Of a DNA stretch of 64,000 nucleotides, positions 32,197 to 41,462 are shown piece after piece (positions within the stretch are counted from its first letter, which is position 1; each line of letters begins with the position of its first letter). Position numbers and translations under genes: made by a program. The notes under the pieces were generated by a model. That model was not told the DNA's origin. It made no database searches and worked only from the letters and a program-made list of their open reading frames with translations. The DNA is from an uncultured Nitrospinota bacterium (GTDB lineage Bacteria > Tectomicrobia > Entotheonellia > J063 > CAVPRW01), in the NCBI GenBank assembly GCA_963707985.1, contig CAVPRW010000006.1, forward strand, positions 1-64,000, in the 5' to 3' direction.

Positions 32197-32551
32197 ATGA
32201 AAAGGGTGCTTGTTCTCGCTGCGGTCAGTGAAGCCGCGACCGGGGTGGCGTTGCTGATTGTGCCGTCGCTGGTCGGGCAGTTGCTGTTCGGCGCGGAACT
32301 GACCGGCATCGCCATGACCAGTGGCGCGCGTGACCGGCATCGCCCTGATCGCATTAGGGGTCGCCTGCTGGCCGGGCACGCCGCTGGTCGGCATGTTGAC
32401 CTACAGCGCGGCCGTCACGCTGTATCTCGCCTACGTCGGCTTCGCGGGCGGTTTGAGCGGCATACTACTGTGGCCGGCGGTCGTCCTGCACGTGATCCTG
32501 ACGGCACTTTTGACTCGGGCATCAACAAGCGACAAGGAGACGAAAACATAG
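32197..32551 (+). CDS. small hypothetical membrane protein, frameshift near 32318
   Basis: EAATGVALLIVP joined to ARVTGIALIALGVACW..LLWPAVVLH; about 4 TM. Confidence 0.7.
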
Positions 32552-32685
32552 AGGAATAGACCGTGCCCGCCTGGTCTTATCCGACACGGCTCGCACTTTA
32601 GACCATAGCGGGGTGCGGGCGTCGCCCACCGGTCCTGCGTGACAAGCGTGACGTTCGAGACACGCCGAAGGAGCGACAGAGCTGA

Positions 32686-32748
32686 GCCGAACAACCGCAT
32701 GAACTGGGACGCTCACGACGTTCGCGCCCGTTATGCGGGGCGGTGTCC
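32686..32748 (+). other. integron attC site with non-canonical R' end
   Basis: R'' GCCGAAC; L boxes CCGCAT-G-AAC / GTT-ATGCGG; R' position reads GGTGTCC instead of GTTRRRY. Confidence 0.65.
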
Positions 32749-32832
32749 GACTATATTATCTGCGTGGCCCGCACCCGTGGCGGTCGCGATCCAGATTCCG
32801 GTATCAGTCTGTTTGTGCTTGACAAAACGTTC
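32743..32832 (+). pseudogene. short acyl-CoA dehydrogenase-like fragment
   Basis: manual translation VSDYIICVARTRGGRDPDSGISLFVLDKTFPGI resembles the ACAD middle domain. Confidence 0.45.
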
Positions 32833-33026
32833 CCTGGCATCGCTATGCCCGATATGAAAGTCTTGCGGGAGAATGCCAAATCGGTGCTCCGCTATGCCGC
32901 CTGAACGCTGGATCGCAACGCTCCGGAGGCCTCTAGAGCCGCTTCGATGGCGAGAGCGTGTTGCACGGTGATCATCGCGCCGGCAGTCAATGGCACTGTC
33001 CCCCCTGCATATTGGAGATGTCCCGT

Positions 33027-34130
33027 TCACGACGCTGATGCCCGCGATGTACGTGTGCTCGCACCACGCCGTCCCGACTTTGCGAGTGTGCCTTCGGCGG
33101 CGTCCTCGGATGCTCCCATCGACATCCACAGTATGTGCAACTGCGGGTTTTGCTCCTGAAGCATCTGGGCCACATGCCAGACGGCGCGTTGCACCCCCCA
33201 TGTCGGCCGGGGGAAACCCATCGGTGAGAGTTTTAGCAGCACTTGCGCCTGCGATCGGGGGACAAGCGTCACACCGATCTGCTGGCTGAGTTTGCCTTCT
33301 TTTACTACCAGCTCCACCAGCCAGGAGTCGTTGGTGAGCTCACGATAGGCGCGGATCAGGCTCGTCGAGATCTCGATGCCTTGTTGGTCCTCACGCCAAG
33401 TCCTGGTCGTGCAACTCTTCAAGACTCTCTCGATGTCATGCGGGCCTTTGAGAACCACGTGTGGCATGCCGTCCCCTCTTTGCATGGGCGCCGTTGGGGG
33501 CGAGCTGAAGGGTTTGTGCCAAACATAGTAATAAATTGGCAAGTTGGCCCCACGGGCGCGCTGTTCGTATTTGGTCGCTATGCGGCCAGGCAACTCTTCC
33601 ACAGCCGTAGTGGAAAATCGTGGCTTCAATGCCGTCTGGCGTTCAAGTATAGCGGCGATCCAGGTGGCATAGTCCGGGTGGTCAGTCGCAATCGTCACTT
33701 GTCCGCTTGGTGTCAGCCGATCATCCAGGAGCTCAACCAGTTCCGTTTGGATCAAACGTCGAAAATGATGCCTCTTCTTGGGCCATGGATCCGGAAAATT
33801 GATGAAGATCTCTTTGATGCTGTTGGAGCTAAAGAGGTATTGCAATGCTACCTGCGCTTCGCCGTGAATCAAGCGCACATGTGCCTGCCTAGCTGCATCG
33901 AGGCGTTTGGCGAGATGTTGCACCCATGCCCACGAGAGCTCGATTCCAATCAGGTTGACCTCGGGGTTGTGCTCCGCCTGCCGGAGTAAGAATAGCCCAT
34001 TGCCAAAGCCGATTTCGACCATCAGTGGGGCGGTACGCCCAACAAGTAACGACCAGTCGAGAGGCCAATCCGCCTGTAGCCATGGGACCACATAGTGGTG
34101 CAACACTTCACTGAGGGGCCGAGCATGCAT
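33027..34130 (-). CDS. trmB: tRNA (guanine-N7)-methyltransferase with C-terminal extension
   Basis: VEIGFGNG, FINFPDPWPKKRHHFRRL, IATDHPDYA, TKYE. Confidence 0.92.
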   Translation of the reverse strand: MHARPLSEVLHHYVVPWLQADWPLDWSLLVGRTAPLMVEIGFGNGLFLLRQAEHNPEVNLIGIELSWAWVQHLAKRLDAARQAHVRLIHGEAQVALQYLFSSNSIKEIFINFPDPWPKKRHHFRRLIQTELVELLDDRLTPSGQVTIATDHPDYATWIAAILERQTALKPRFSTTAVEELPGRIATKYEQRARGANLPIYYYVWHKPFSSPPTAPMQRGDGMPHVVLKGPHDIERVLKSCTTRTWREDQQGIEISTSLIRAYRELTNDSWLVELVVKEGKLSQQIGVTLVPRSQAQVLLKLSPMGFPRPTWGVQRAVWHVAQMLQEQNPQLHILWMSMGASEDAAEGTLAKSGRRGASTRTSRASAS

Positions 34131-34322
34131 AGAAATTACCTGGTGGCATTGATAGCCGGGAATATCGCGATGGTCGGCTTCGAGGCCATCATCTGGGTAG
34201 AGGTCAGTAGCAATCATCCCCTGGTCGTCACTCTGAGCGCGGCGAGCATTCTCACCACTGCAAGCAGAGAAGCTCTGTGGCACTCAGGCGACAACCCATG
34301 GGCTTTGCCAGGCTATACCGTC

Positions 34323-34748
34323 CTAGTTGTCTCGACTCTGGATCGGCGTCTGACCGCCGAGGGGCAATACCTTATCGACTTTGACGATCACCGCGTACCC
34401 CTTGCGTTCGGGGTCTCGATCCAACTCGGGCTGTACCGTTCGACCCATAACCTGCTCGCGTAGCGCGCCTTCTTTATGAACCGTTGCCTTCCCCACAAAA
34501 CGCCAGGCCGCACGAGTGGCCGGATCACGAAACAGGATCATGACGTTCGGATTCTCTTCGATATTGTGCTGTGTCCCTTGGAGCGTGCGCTCCCAATAGG
34601 CCAGCGAGTCGTCGTCAAATACCATCACGCTGCCCTTATAGCCGATATTGGGGGTCCCGTCCTTTGACGCTGTCGCCACCAGGCACGGGGTTCCCTTCGC
34701 CAGCGCTGGGTCGATCAGATCACGCATCTGCTGGGTCAACTGAATCAT
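34323..34748 (-). CDS. pyridoxamine 5'-phosphate oxidase-like FMN-binding protein
   Basis: VATASKDGTPN..KGS, NIEENPNV, RF.GKA. Confidence 0.85.
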   Translation of the reverse strand: MIQLTQQMRDLIDPALAKGTPCLVATASKDGTPNIGYKGSVMVFDDDSLAYWERTLQGTQHNIEENPNVMILFRDPATRAAWRFVGKATVHKEGALREQVMGRTVQPELDRDPERKGYAVIVKVDKVLPLGGQTPIQSRDN

Positions 34749-34777
34749 GGTTTTTCCCCCCTACTCGAGATCGAACA

Positions 34778-36082
34778 CTACACCTTGGCCATCACCTCTA
34801 ACGATTCCCGCACTGCCGCTAGTGTCTGTTCCACGTCCGTTGACGTATGCGCCACGGACATGTACATCTTGGAGCTCCCCTTCAGAATGCCGCGCGCCAA
34901 CAATTCGGCATTGAACCGGCGCAATAGCTCACGATTCTGGGTCAGCACACCGCGATAATCGTTGACCGGCTCATCAGTAAACACCACGTCGAATAGCGGA
35001 TCTTCGCCCACCACCTGGCCGGGTATACCATACTGTTTCAGCAGAGCAGACAGCCCCTGGCGCAGCCCATGTCCCATGCTAAACAGATGCCGATAGGTGC
35101 CCTCGTGTTGCAGTTGCTGAAGGGTGGCTAACCCGGCGACAGCCGCCACAGGGTTTCCATTCAGGGTGCCGATTTGGGCGATAAAATCGCCCGACGCCTC
35201 GCGATCGGGATTAAAGGCTTCCATCAGGCCGGCATGTCCCACGACGGCCGCGAGGGGGTATCCCCCACCGATGATCTTGCCAAAGGCGGCCAGGTCCGGT
35301 ACCACACCGTAATATTCCTGCGCCCCACCCCAGGCCAGGCGGAAGCCGGTGACCACTTCGTCGAAGATGAGCGGAATAGCAAACCGTTGCGTGACCTCAC
35401 GTAAGCCTTGCAGAAAGCCTGGGCGCGGGGTGATGATGCGCTGGAATGGTTCAACGATGACGCCACCGAGCTCGTGATGATACCGTTCGATAATGGCGCT
35501 GGTGGTGTCGAGATCGTTGAAGGGCGCGATGAGTACCTGATCCTCCAGCACGCGCGGAATTCCTGCCGAGTCGGGCATCGCCCGTGGAAAGTCCTTCGGA
35601 ACACCGGGGCTGCTGCTCATCAGCGCATAATCGTGGCTACCGTGATATCCCCCTTCGAACTTCAGGATCTTATCCTTCTTGGTGAAGGTGCGGGCTGCAC
35701 GTAGGGCAAAAAACGTGGCCTCGGAGCCGGTGGAACAGAAGCGGATTTTCTCAGCACATGGCACTGCCTGGCAAATGACCTCAGCCAGTTGGATCGCCGG
35801 CTCGTTCAATGTGAAGTAGGTCGAGCCACGTTCCAGGTAATCGCGCACCGCCGTCACAACGGCCGGGTGCGCATGGCCGAGGATCATGGGGCCGGATCCC
35901 AGAAGATAGTCGATATACTCATTGCCGCTCATATCGTAGACTTTTGACCCTTGCCCGGCCTTTACCACGAACGCCACGTCGTCTGCAAACCGTGTATTGC
36001 CCAGGGTTCCCCCCGGCAGATAGCGCTTGGCTGTTTCTAATAAGCGCTGCTCGTCCGTGCTGCGCACCCGCCGTTGAGGCAT
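34778..36082 (-). CDS. class III aminotransferase, glutamate-1-semialdehyde aminomutase-like
   Basis: GPMILGHAHP, STGSEAT, KFEGGYHG, LIFDEVVTGFR, PDLAAFGKIIGGGYP. Confidence 0.92.
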   Translation of the reverse strand: MPQRRVRSTDEQRLLETAKRYLPGGTLGNTRFADDVAFVVKAGQGSKVYDMSGNEYIDYLLGSGPMILGHAHPAVVTAVRDYLERGSTYFTLNEPAIQLAEVICQAVPCAEKIRFCSTGSEATFFALRAARTFTKKDKILKFEGGYHGSHDYALMSSSPGVPKDFPRAMPDSAGIPRVLEDQVLIAPFNDLDTTSAIIERYHHELGGVIVEPFQRIITPRPGFLQGLREVTQRFAIPLIFDEVVTGFRLAWGGAQEYYGVVPDLAAFGKIIGGGYPLAAVVGHAGLMEAFNPDREASGDFIAQIGTLNGNPVAAVAGLATLQQLQHEGTYRHLFSMGHGLRQGLSALLKQYGIPGQVVGEDPLFDVVFTDEPVNDYRGVLTQNRELLRRFNAELLARGILKGSSKMYMSVAHTSTDVEQTLAAVRESLEVMAKV

Positions 36083-36221
36083 GCTATTTCTCCCTCTTCT
36101 GTCCGATGTCCTGGTCCCGATCATGCTGCTGCACCGGTTTGCCACTGTACGAGGTGTCGGTAGTTTTCCCTAGTGGCACTGATGCGCGCCAGACGAAAGG
36201 CATTGGGGGTCGATGGAGAGA

Positions 36222-36779
36222 TCAGGCGGTGCGAGCCGCTTTCAGCGCCTCGATGGTAAACAAGGCATGAAATGGATACCCCCACTGCGCAAAGTTTTGC
36301 TGCGCTCCCTCTTGCCGGTCGACAATCGCCAACACTTTGGTCACGATACATTGCTCCGCTTCGACCTGATCGATGGCGTGCTTTAAGGACCCCCCCGTGG
36401 TGACGGTGTCATCGAACACAGCGACTCGCATGCCAGGTTGGAGTGGACCTTCGATCAAGCGCTGCGTCCCGTGTCCCTTGGCCTCCTTACGCACGATAAA
36501 ACCTATGAGTGGGATGTTCTCGAACGCAGCCAAAGCCAGCACAGCGCCGATCACCGGGTCAGCCCCCAGGGTCGGCCCGCCAATGGCATCCACCGCCGTC
36601 CCTTTCAGTTCATCGAGAATGAGCTGGCTGACGAGATACGCTCCACGCGAGCGCAAGGTGGTCTGCTTGCCATCGATGTAATAGTCACTCTTACGCCCTG
36701 AGGTTAGTGTAAAATCGCCAAAGCGGAGCGAATATTCTAGGAGATACGTTTGCAACTCCTGTCGTAGTGCCGTGGTCAT
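36222..36779 (-). CDS. pyrE: orotate phosphoribosyltransferase
   Basis: FTLTSGRKSDYYID, VRKEAKGHGT, VFDDTVTTGGS. Confidence 0.95.
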   Translation of the reverse strand: MTTALRQELQTYLLEYSLRFGDFTLTSGRKSDYYIDGKQTTLRSRGAYLVSQLILDELKGTAVDAIGGPTLGADPVIGAVLALAAFENIPLIGFIVRKEAKGHGTQRLIEGPLQPGMRVAVFDDTVTTGGSLKHAIDQVEAEQCIVTKVLAIVDRQEGAQQNFAQWGYPFHALFTIEALKAARTA

Positions 36780-36994
36780 ATCGTCGCCTCATTGCCGAGG
36801 TGATCATCACATGGAACATTGACAGGCTGTGCCGTCCCGTGTGCCGCGCTGGCGGACACCCCTCACCGCGTTGCCTCGATGGTAAGCTTCAATTTAGGGG
36901 CGTAATATAGGAAAATGGCGAACTTCTGTCAACTGTGCAGAGGGCAAGTGATCCTACCTCGCGTGTTGGTAGCGTCGAAGAGAAGGAGGAGATT

Positions 36995-37320
36995 ATGGCT
37001 GATAGCTCCACTCAGCTCAGTCCGCTCTATGCAGCCATGCCGAGGCTCTATTACCATCATGACCAGCTGTGGGCCGAGACACCTGAGAATTTTCTCGATC
37101 AACTCGATCATGACTTCGACTATCGGACCGACGATATCTGGCTCAGTTCGTATCCCCGATCGGGAACGGCCTGGACCTACGAGGTGCTCTATGCTGTCCT
37201 CTATGGAGGCGATATGGCAGCATTACAGCAGGCGCAACGTGAGGAGAAAATTCGGCGCTTCGGGTCCCTTGAAGTCGGGACCGCAGCCTCCGTGTTAGAG
37301 CGCTTCAGCAGCTGGATGAC
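36995..37320 (+). pseudogene. PAPS-dependent sulfotransferase, N-terminal fragment
   Basis: AGGAGGAG RBS; DDIWLSSYPRSGTAW 5'-PSB motif; similarity ends near 37320. Confidence 0.75.
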
Positions 37321-37739
37321 CCGTCCCTATGGGAACAGAAGATGGGAGGCACGGCACTGGCGAAATATTTCGACATGTAGATGCAAGGCACCCCGACTGC
37401 CTTGCGGCGGCGTGGAGGCTTGACGTGGCCACCTGAGCCTCCACGGAGGCCCTATCGATGATGTGTAAATGATGGAAAGCGGAAACTCGCCGGGCTGGTC
37501 AGGAGCCAAAACCCAGGTTAGACACGCTGACTATGTATCTGCCCTTTTGGCCTGATGCCGTGTCCCACACGTGGGGCTATGCCCCCCTTATTCCCCCAAA
37601 AGTGGGGGGTGGGTGATGCCGGCATGGGTCTCCTGGTGTCTCTGCCCATGACCTACGCGTACCTGGTCTCCGCATGAGTTATCACATAAGCGGCCACTGG
37701 GATGCCGAGATGGAGGGCATGTGGCTACGGGCCAGTATT

Positions 37740-37755
37740 TGGCACAGGCATTGCT
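37740..37755 (+). promoter_or_regulatory. sigma54 (-24/-12) promoter upstream of rutA
   Basis: TGGCACAGGCATTGCT, GG-N10-GC. Confidence 0.75.
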
Positions 37756-37953
37756 CTCTCTGAGTTACAGACGACCGGTTCAGGATGAACCAACGAGCCG
37801 CGATGTCCTTGATCTACATATCCCGTCCAGACTCCGAAGTAAACGTGGAAATGCCCTTGAACCCTGCAGGTAGCGTTCATCTTGGCGTCAGATGCGCTGA
37901 TAGGCGATGGAACGATAGGCAGTTCGTCGCTGGCCCAGTTCAAAGGAGGGCAC

Positions 37954-38997
37954 ATGGATTTAGGGATTTTCATTCCGATTGCGAACAACGGTTGGATGAT
38001 GTCAGTCAACTCTCCTCAGTATATGCCGTCGTTTCAACTCAACCGCACCATTGCTGCAAAGGCGGAAGCCTATGGATTCAATTTCCTGCTGTCCATGGTG
38101 AAGCTGCGGGGTTTCGGCGGGCAGACAGAGTTCTGGGATCACAATCTGGAATCCTTTACCCTGATGGCGGGACTGGCCGCTGTGACGGAGCGTATCCAGC
38201 TGTTTGCGTCGGTAGCGCTGCCTACCCTCCCGCCGGCGCTGGTAGCCAGGATGGGGGCGACCATTGACGATATCTCCAATGGCCGCTTTGGTATCAACAT
38301 TGTGTCCGGGTGGAATCAATCGGAATATCTGCAGATGGGCCTCTGGCCGGGAGACTGGTACTACGAGCGGCGCTACGACTACGGCAGTGAGTACGTCACG
38401 ATCATGCGTGAACTGTGGGCGACTGGCCAGTCCGATTTTAAGGGTGAGTTCTTCACGATGCGTGACTGCCGCTTATCTCCTCGTCCAAAGGCGGGGGCCG
38501 TGCCGATTGTGTGTGCTGGCCAGTCGGACCGGGGTATGCGATTTTGCGCTCAATACGGTGACTATCAGTTCATCATTGGTAATGACGACTTCGAAGCTAC
38601 CGCTGCCGATACCGGGCGTCTGCTGGCTCATGCGCAGGAGACCGGGAGGGACGTCGGACCCTACGCGCTGTATTTCATCATTACCGGTGCTACAGACGTG
38701 GAAGCTCACCAGAAGTGGGACTACTATCGGGAAGGCGCAGACCTCGAGGCCATTGCCTTTATGACCGGTCAGGCCAATCTCGACGCATCGGGCAGGACAG
38801 CAGCCATTATCAGCGAGATGCAGAACGCTTTCGCTCTCAATATTGGCAAAATCGTTGGGAGCCACGCAACCGTGGCCAGACGGCTCGACGAGTTGGCCTC
38901 GATCGACGGTCTCAAAGGTGTCATGTGCATCTTTGATGACTTTGTGAGCGGCACCGAGGACTTCGGCCGCCACGTGATGCCGCTGTTACGCGCCTAG
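37954..38997 (+). CDS. rutA: pyrimidine monooxygenase RutA
   Basis: GIFIPIANNGW..S.NSPQYMPSF.LN, LSMVKLRGFGG.TEFWDHNLESFTLMAGLAAVT, CAGQS. Confidence 0.92.
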   Translation: MDLGIFIPIANNGWMMSVNSPQYMPSFQLNRTIAAKAEAYGFNFLLSMVKLRGFGGQTEFWDHNLESFTLMAGLAAVTERIQLFASVALPTLPPALVARMGATIDDISNGRFGINIVSGWNQSEYLQMGLWPGDWYYERRYDYGSEYVTIMRELWATGQSDFKGEFFTMRDCRLSPRPKAGAVPIVCAGQSDRGMRFCAQYGDYQFIIGNDDFEATAADTGRLLAHAQETGRDVGPYALYFIITGATDVEAHQKWDYYREGADLEAIAFMTGQANLDASGRTAAIISEMQNAFALNIGKIVGSHATVARRLDELASIDGLKGVMCIFDDFVSGTEDFGRHVMPLLRA

Positions 38998-39059
38998 TAA
39001 GGATTGGGCGGCAAGGCGATATGTATCCCTGGATCATTCGACATGCGCAAGGAGCTCTC

Positions 39060-39977
39060 ATGAAATTCGGTGTCAACCTCATTAACTTCGGTCCCAGTGC
39101 GCGTCCGGACTCCCTGGCGCGGTGGGCAATGCTAACGGAGACCCTGGGCTATCATTTTCTTATGACCTCCGACCACATTGCGCTGACTTCCGATGTGCAG
39201 GCCCGCTATCCCGCGCCCTTCTACGAGCCGTTTACTACTCTCGGGTGGTTGGCCGGTATAACACGTCGCATCGAGATCGGCAGCACGGTCGTCATTCTTC
39301 CCTACCGTCAGCCGTTGGAAGTCGCGCGCATGGCGGCGAACGTGGACCAACTGAGCGGCGGCAGGCTGCTCTTCGGCGTCGGCGTGGGATGGTCACCGCA
39401 AGAGTTCGCCGCGCTGGGCGTACCCTTTCACCGCCGTGGTGCGCTGACGAATGAGTATCTGGCCGCGATCAAGACGCTTTGGACCACTGATGTGGCGTCG
39501 TTCGAGGGACGTTATGTGGCCTTTACGGAGGTGCATACGGCACCCCGACCGGTGCGTCTGCCCCATCCCCCGATTTGGGTGGGTGGAGCCAGTGACGCGG
39601 CCATGCGTCGGGCCATCCGCTACGGCGATGCCTGGCATCCGAACCGTATTCGACCCGGCTGGCTAGAGACCACGGGACTCCCCCGCCTGCGCCAAATCGC
39701 CGACGTCGAGGGCCGAGCCATACCGGCGCTATGCCCGCGCATCCGGCTGCGCCTCACTGACGCGCCGCTCCCAGACGACCAGCGTGTAGTCGGTGAGGGG
39801 ACGCTCGACCAGATGCGGGCGGACCTGGAGGAGCTTCGGAAACTTGGCGCGCAGTACGTACTACTGGACACGTTCTACGACGACGTGGAGGCCACGCGCC
39901 ATCCCGAGGTCGCCTGGGGGATGCTAACGACTATGGCTGAGAAGGCCCTGGACCTCCCGCACAAAGAGCTGCGGTAG
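39060..39977 (+). CDS. LLM-class (luciferase-like, probably F420-dependent) oxidoreductase
   Basis: SDH, DQLSGGRLLFGVGVGW..EF, PHPPIWVGG. Confidence 0.88.
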   Translation: MKFGVNLINFGPSARPDSLARWAMLTETLGYHFLMTSDHIALTSDVQARYPAPFYEPFTTLGWLAGITRRIEIGSTVVILPYRQPLEVARMAANVDQLSGGRLLFGVGVGWSPQEFAALGVPFHRRGALTNEYLAAIKTLWTTDVASFEGRYVAFTEVHTAPRPVRLPHPPIWVGGASDAAMRRAIRYGDAWHPNRIRPGWLETTGLPRLRQIADVEGRAIPALCPRIRLRLTDAPLPDDQRVVGEGTLDQMRADLEELRKLGAQYVLLDTFYDDVEATRHPEVAWGMLTTMAEKALDLPHKELR

Positions 39978-40084
39978 TCTGCAAGTGCGACGGCGGCGGA
40001 AAGAGACAGAGCCGTGGTGAAATTGCTCTGGCCACAGGATAGCCGCAGGCGCACGCAGCCGGCGGTTCCTCCTCATCGCATCCG

Positions 40085-41314
40085 TCAAGAGCGAAAGCTG
40101 AAGGCGGGATCGAGCGGTGGTAGGGGCGCGCCGAAGAACAGCCGGCGCTGCACGCGGGGCAGGAGAGGCGAGTGCAGCAGCAGCGGCAGCACTTTGGGGA
40201 GGAGCCAGCTGAGAATTGGATTGTCGCCTGATTGGGACAGGAGTACACGCTGGGCCCCGAGTTGAAAACGGTGCAGGGTGCGCACATCCCCCTCGCGCAA
40301 CTGCTGGATGGTGGCCAGATCTTCGTGGGCGATCGGGCCATGCCCCAGCAGCGGGTAGAGTTCTTGCGCGGCGACAGCCGCCGTGGCCAGCGCCACATTG
40401 ACGCCAATCGCCCCAGCGGGGCTCATGGTGTGGGCAGAATCGCCGATGAGCACCAGTCCATCACGCGCCCAGTCTTTGAGCAGGGTGATTTGTCCCGCGA
40501 GTGGGAAAAATGGCCGAAAGTCGAGTAGGTTATCGGCGAAATCCGTGAAGACCGGGTCAAGGGCACGTACTCGCTCGGCCACGGCGGCAACGCCTGTTTT
40601 CCGCCAGTCCTGCCAGGCTCCTGTCGGGAGAAACAATCCCGCCTGAATCTGCTGGGGATATTTGGGAAGCATCAGACCCTGCACATCCGATCCGAGCGAG
40701 AAGTAGATGGTATTTGGCCAGTCCTGTGGCTGTTCGATGACAAACCAGATCACGTCGAAGTCGTGATGCTCGTATTCGATTTCGAAGTGGCCCAGCCGCC
40801 GCATCGACGACGACCGTCCGTCGGCCCCCACGACGACATCGGCTCGGATCTCAAAGGGCTCCTCGCCATGGCGTAGACCACGGATGCCAGTGATCGTATC
40901 CCCCTCCTGCATGAGCTCGGTCGCCCTGGCTCCCATCCAGCACTGAAAGCTGCTGAAGGGGGTGGCCTTTTCCACCAGGGCCTGCAGAAAAATGGGCTGG
41001 GGCATCCAGATGGCATAGGGATATTCGGGCACGATGGTGTTGAAGGAAAATCCACCTGCGGTCTTACCGTTGATGCGGATCAGCCCTTCGGTGAGGATCG
41101 AATGCGGCTGCCCCAGGATATATTCGAGCAACCCGAGTTCGTCGAGCAAATGCGCCGTGCTTGGCTGCAGCACTTCGCCGCGAAACTCACGATCAAACGT
41201 CTCGTGGGCTTCGAGGACGATGACTTCAACGCCGCGCTTGGCGAGCAGCAGACCTAGCAGCAGGCCAGCCGGCCCCCCGCCCACGACACAGACGTTGGTG
41301 CGGATACTCGTCAT
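40085..41314 (-). CDS. FAD-dependent oxidoreductase/monooxygenase
   Basis: VGGGPAG, DREFRGE, VVGADGRSS, IGDSAHTMSPAGAIGVN. Confidence 0.9.
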   Translation of the reverse strand: MTSIRTNVCVVGGGPAGLLLGLLLAKRGVEVIVLEAHETFDREFRGEVLQPSTAHLLDELGLLEYILGQPHSILTEGLIRINGKTAGGFSFNTIVPEYPYAIWMPQPIFLQALVEKATPFSSFQCWMGARATELMQEGDTITGIRGLRHGEEPFEIRADVVVGADGRSSSMRRLGHFEIEYEHHDFDVIWFVIEQPQDWPNTIYFSLGSDVQGLMLPKYPQQIQAGLFLPTGAWQDWRKTGVAAVAERVRALDPVFTDFADNLLDFRPFFPLAGQITLLKDWARDGLVLIGDSAHTMSPAGAIGVNVALATAAVAAQELYPLLGHGPIAHEDLATIQQLREGDVRTLHRFQLGAQRVLLSQSGDNPILSWLLPKVLPLLLHSPLLPRVQRRLFFGAPLPPLDPAFSFRS

Positions 41315-41462
41315 CCTCCATTTCCCCTTGAGCGGTGTATCACCCTGCCTGTTCCGCATCGCCCGGGTTTCTTGCTAAGGGCTCTGCCGTCCAGGAGAAC
41401 TTGCACACCTTGCGTGTGGCCATGAGCTGGTGTCACGCCCCAACGAGCGGCGGAAGACGATC

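Noticed and set aside
34778..36082. Assigning the symbol hemL
   Set aside because: GSA-aminomutase-like, but no hem context and paralogues are common; left unnamed
37890..37935. GGCGATGG hairpin in the rutA leader as a fluoride or other known riboswitch
   Set aside because: The remainder does not fit any riboswitch consensus I can recognise by eye
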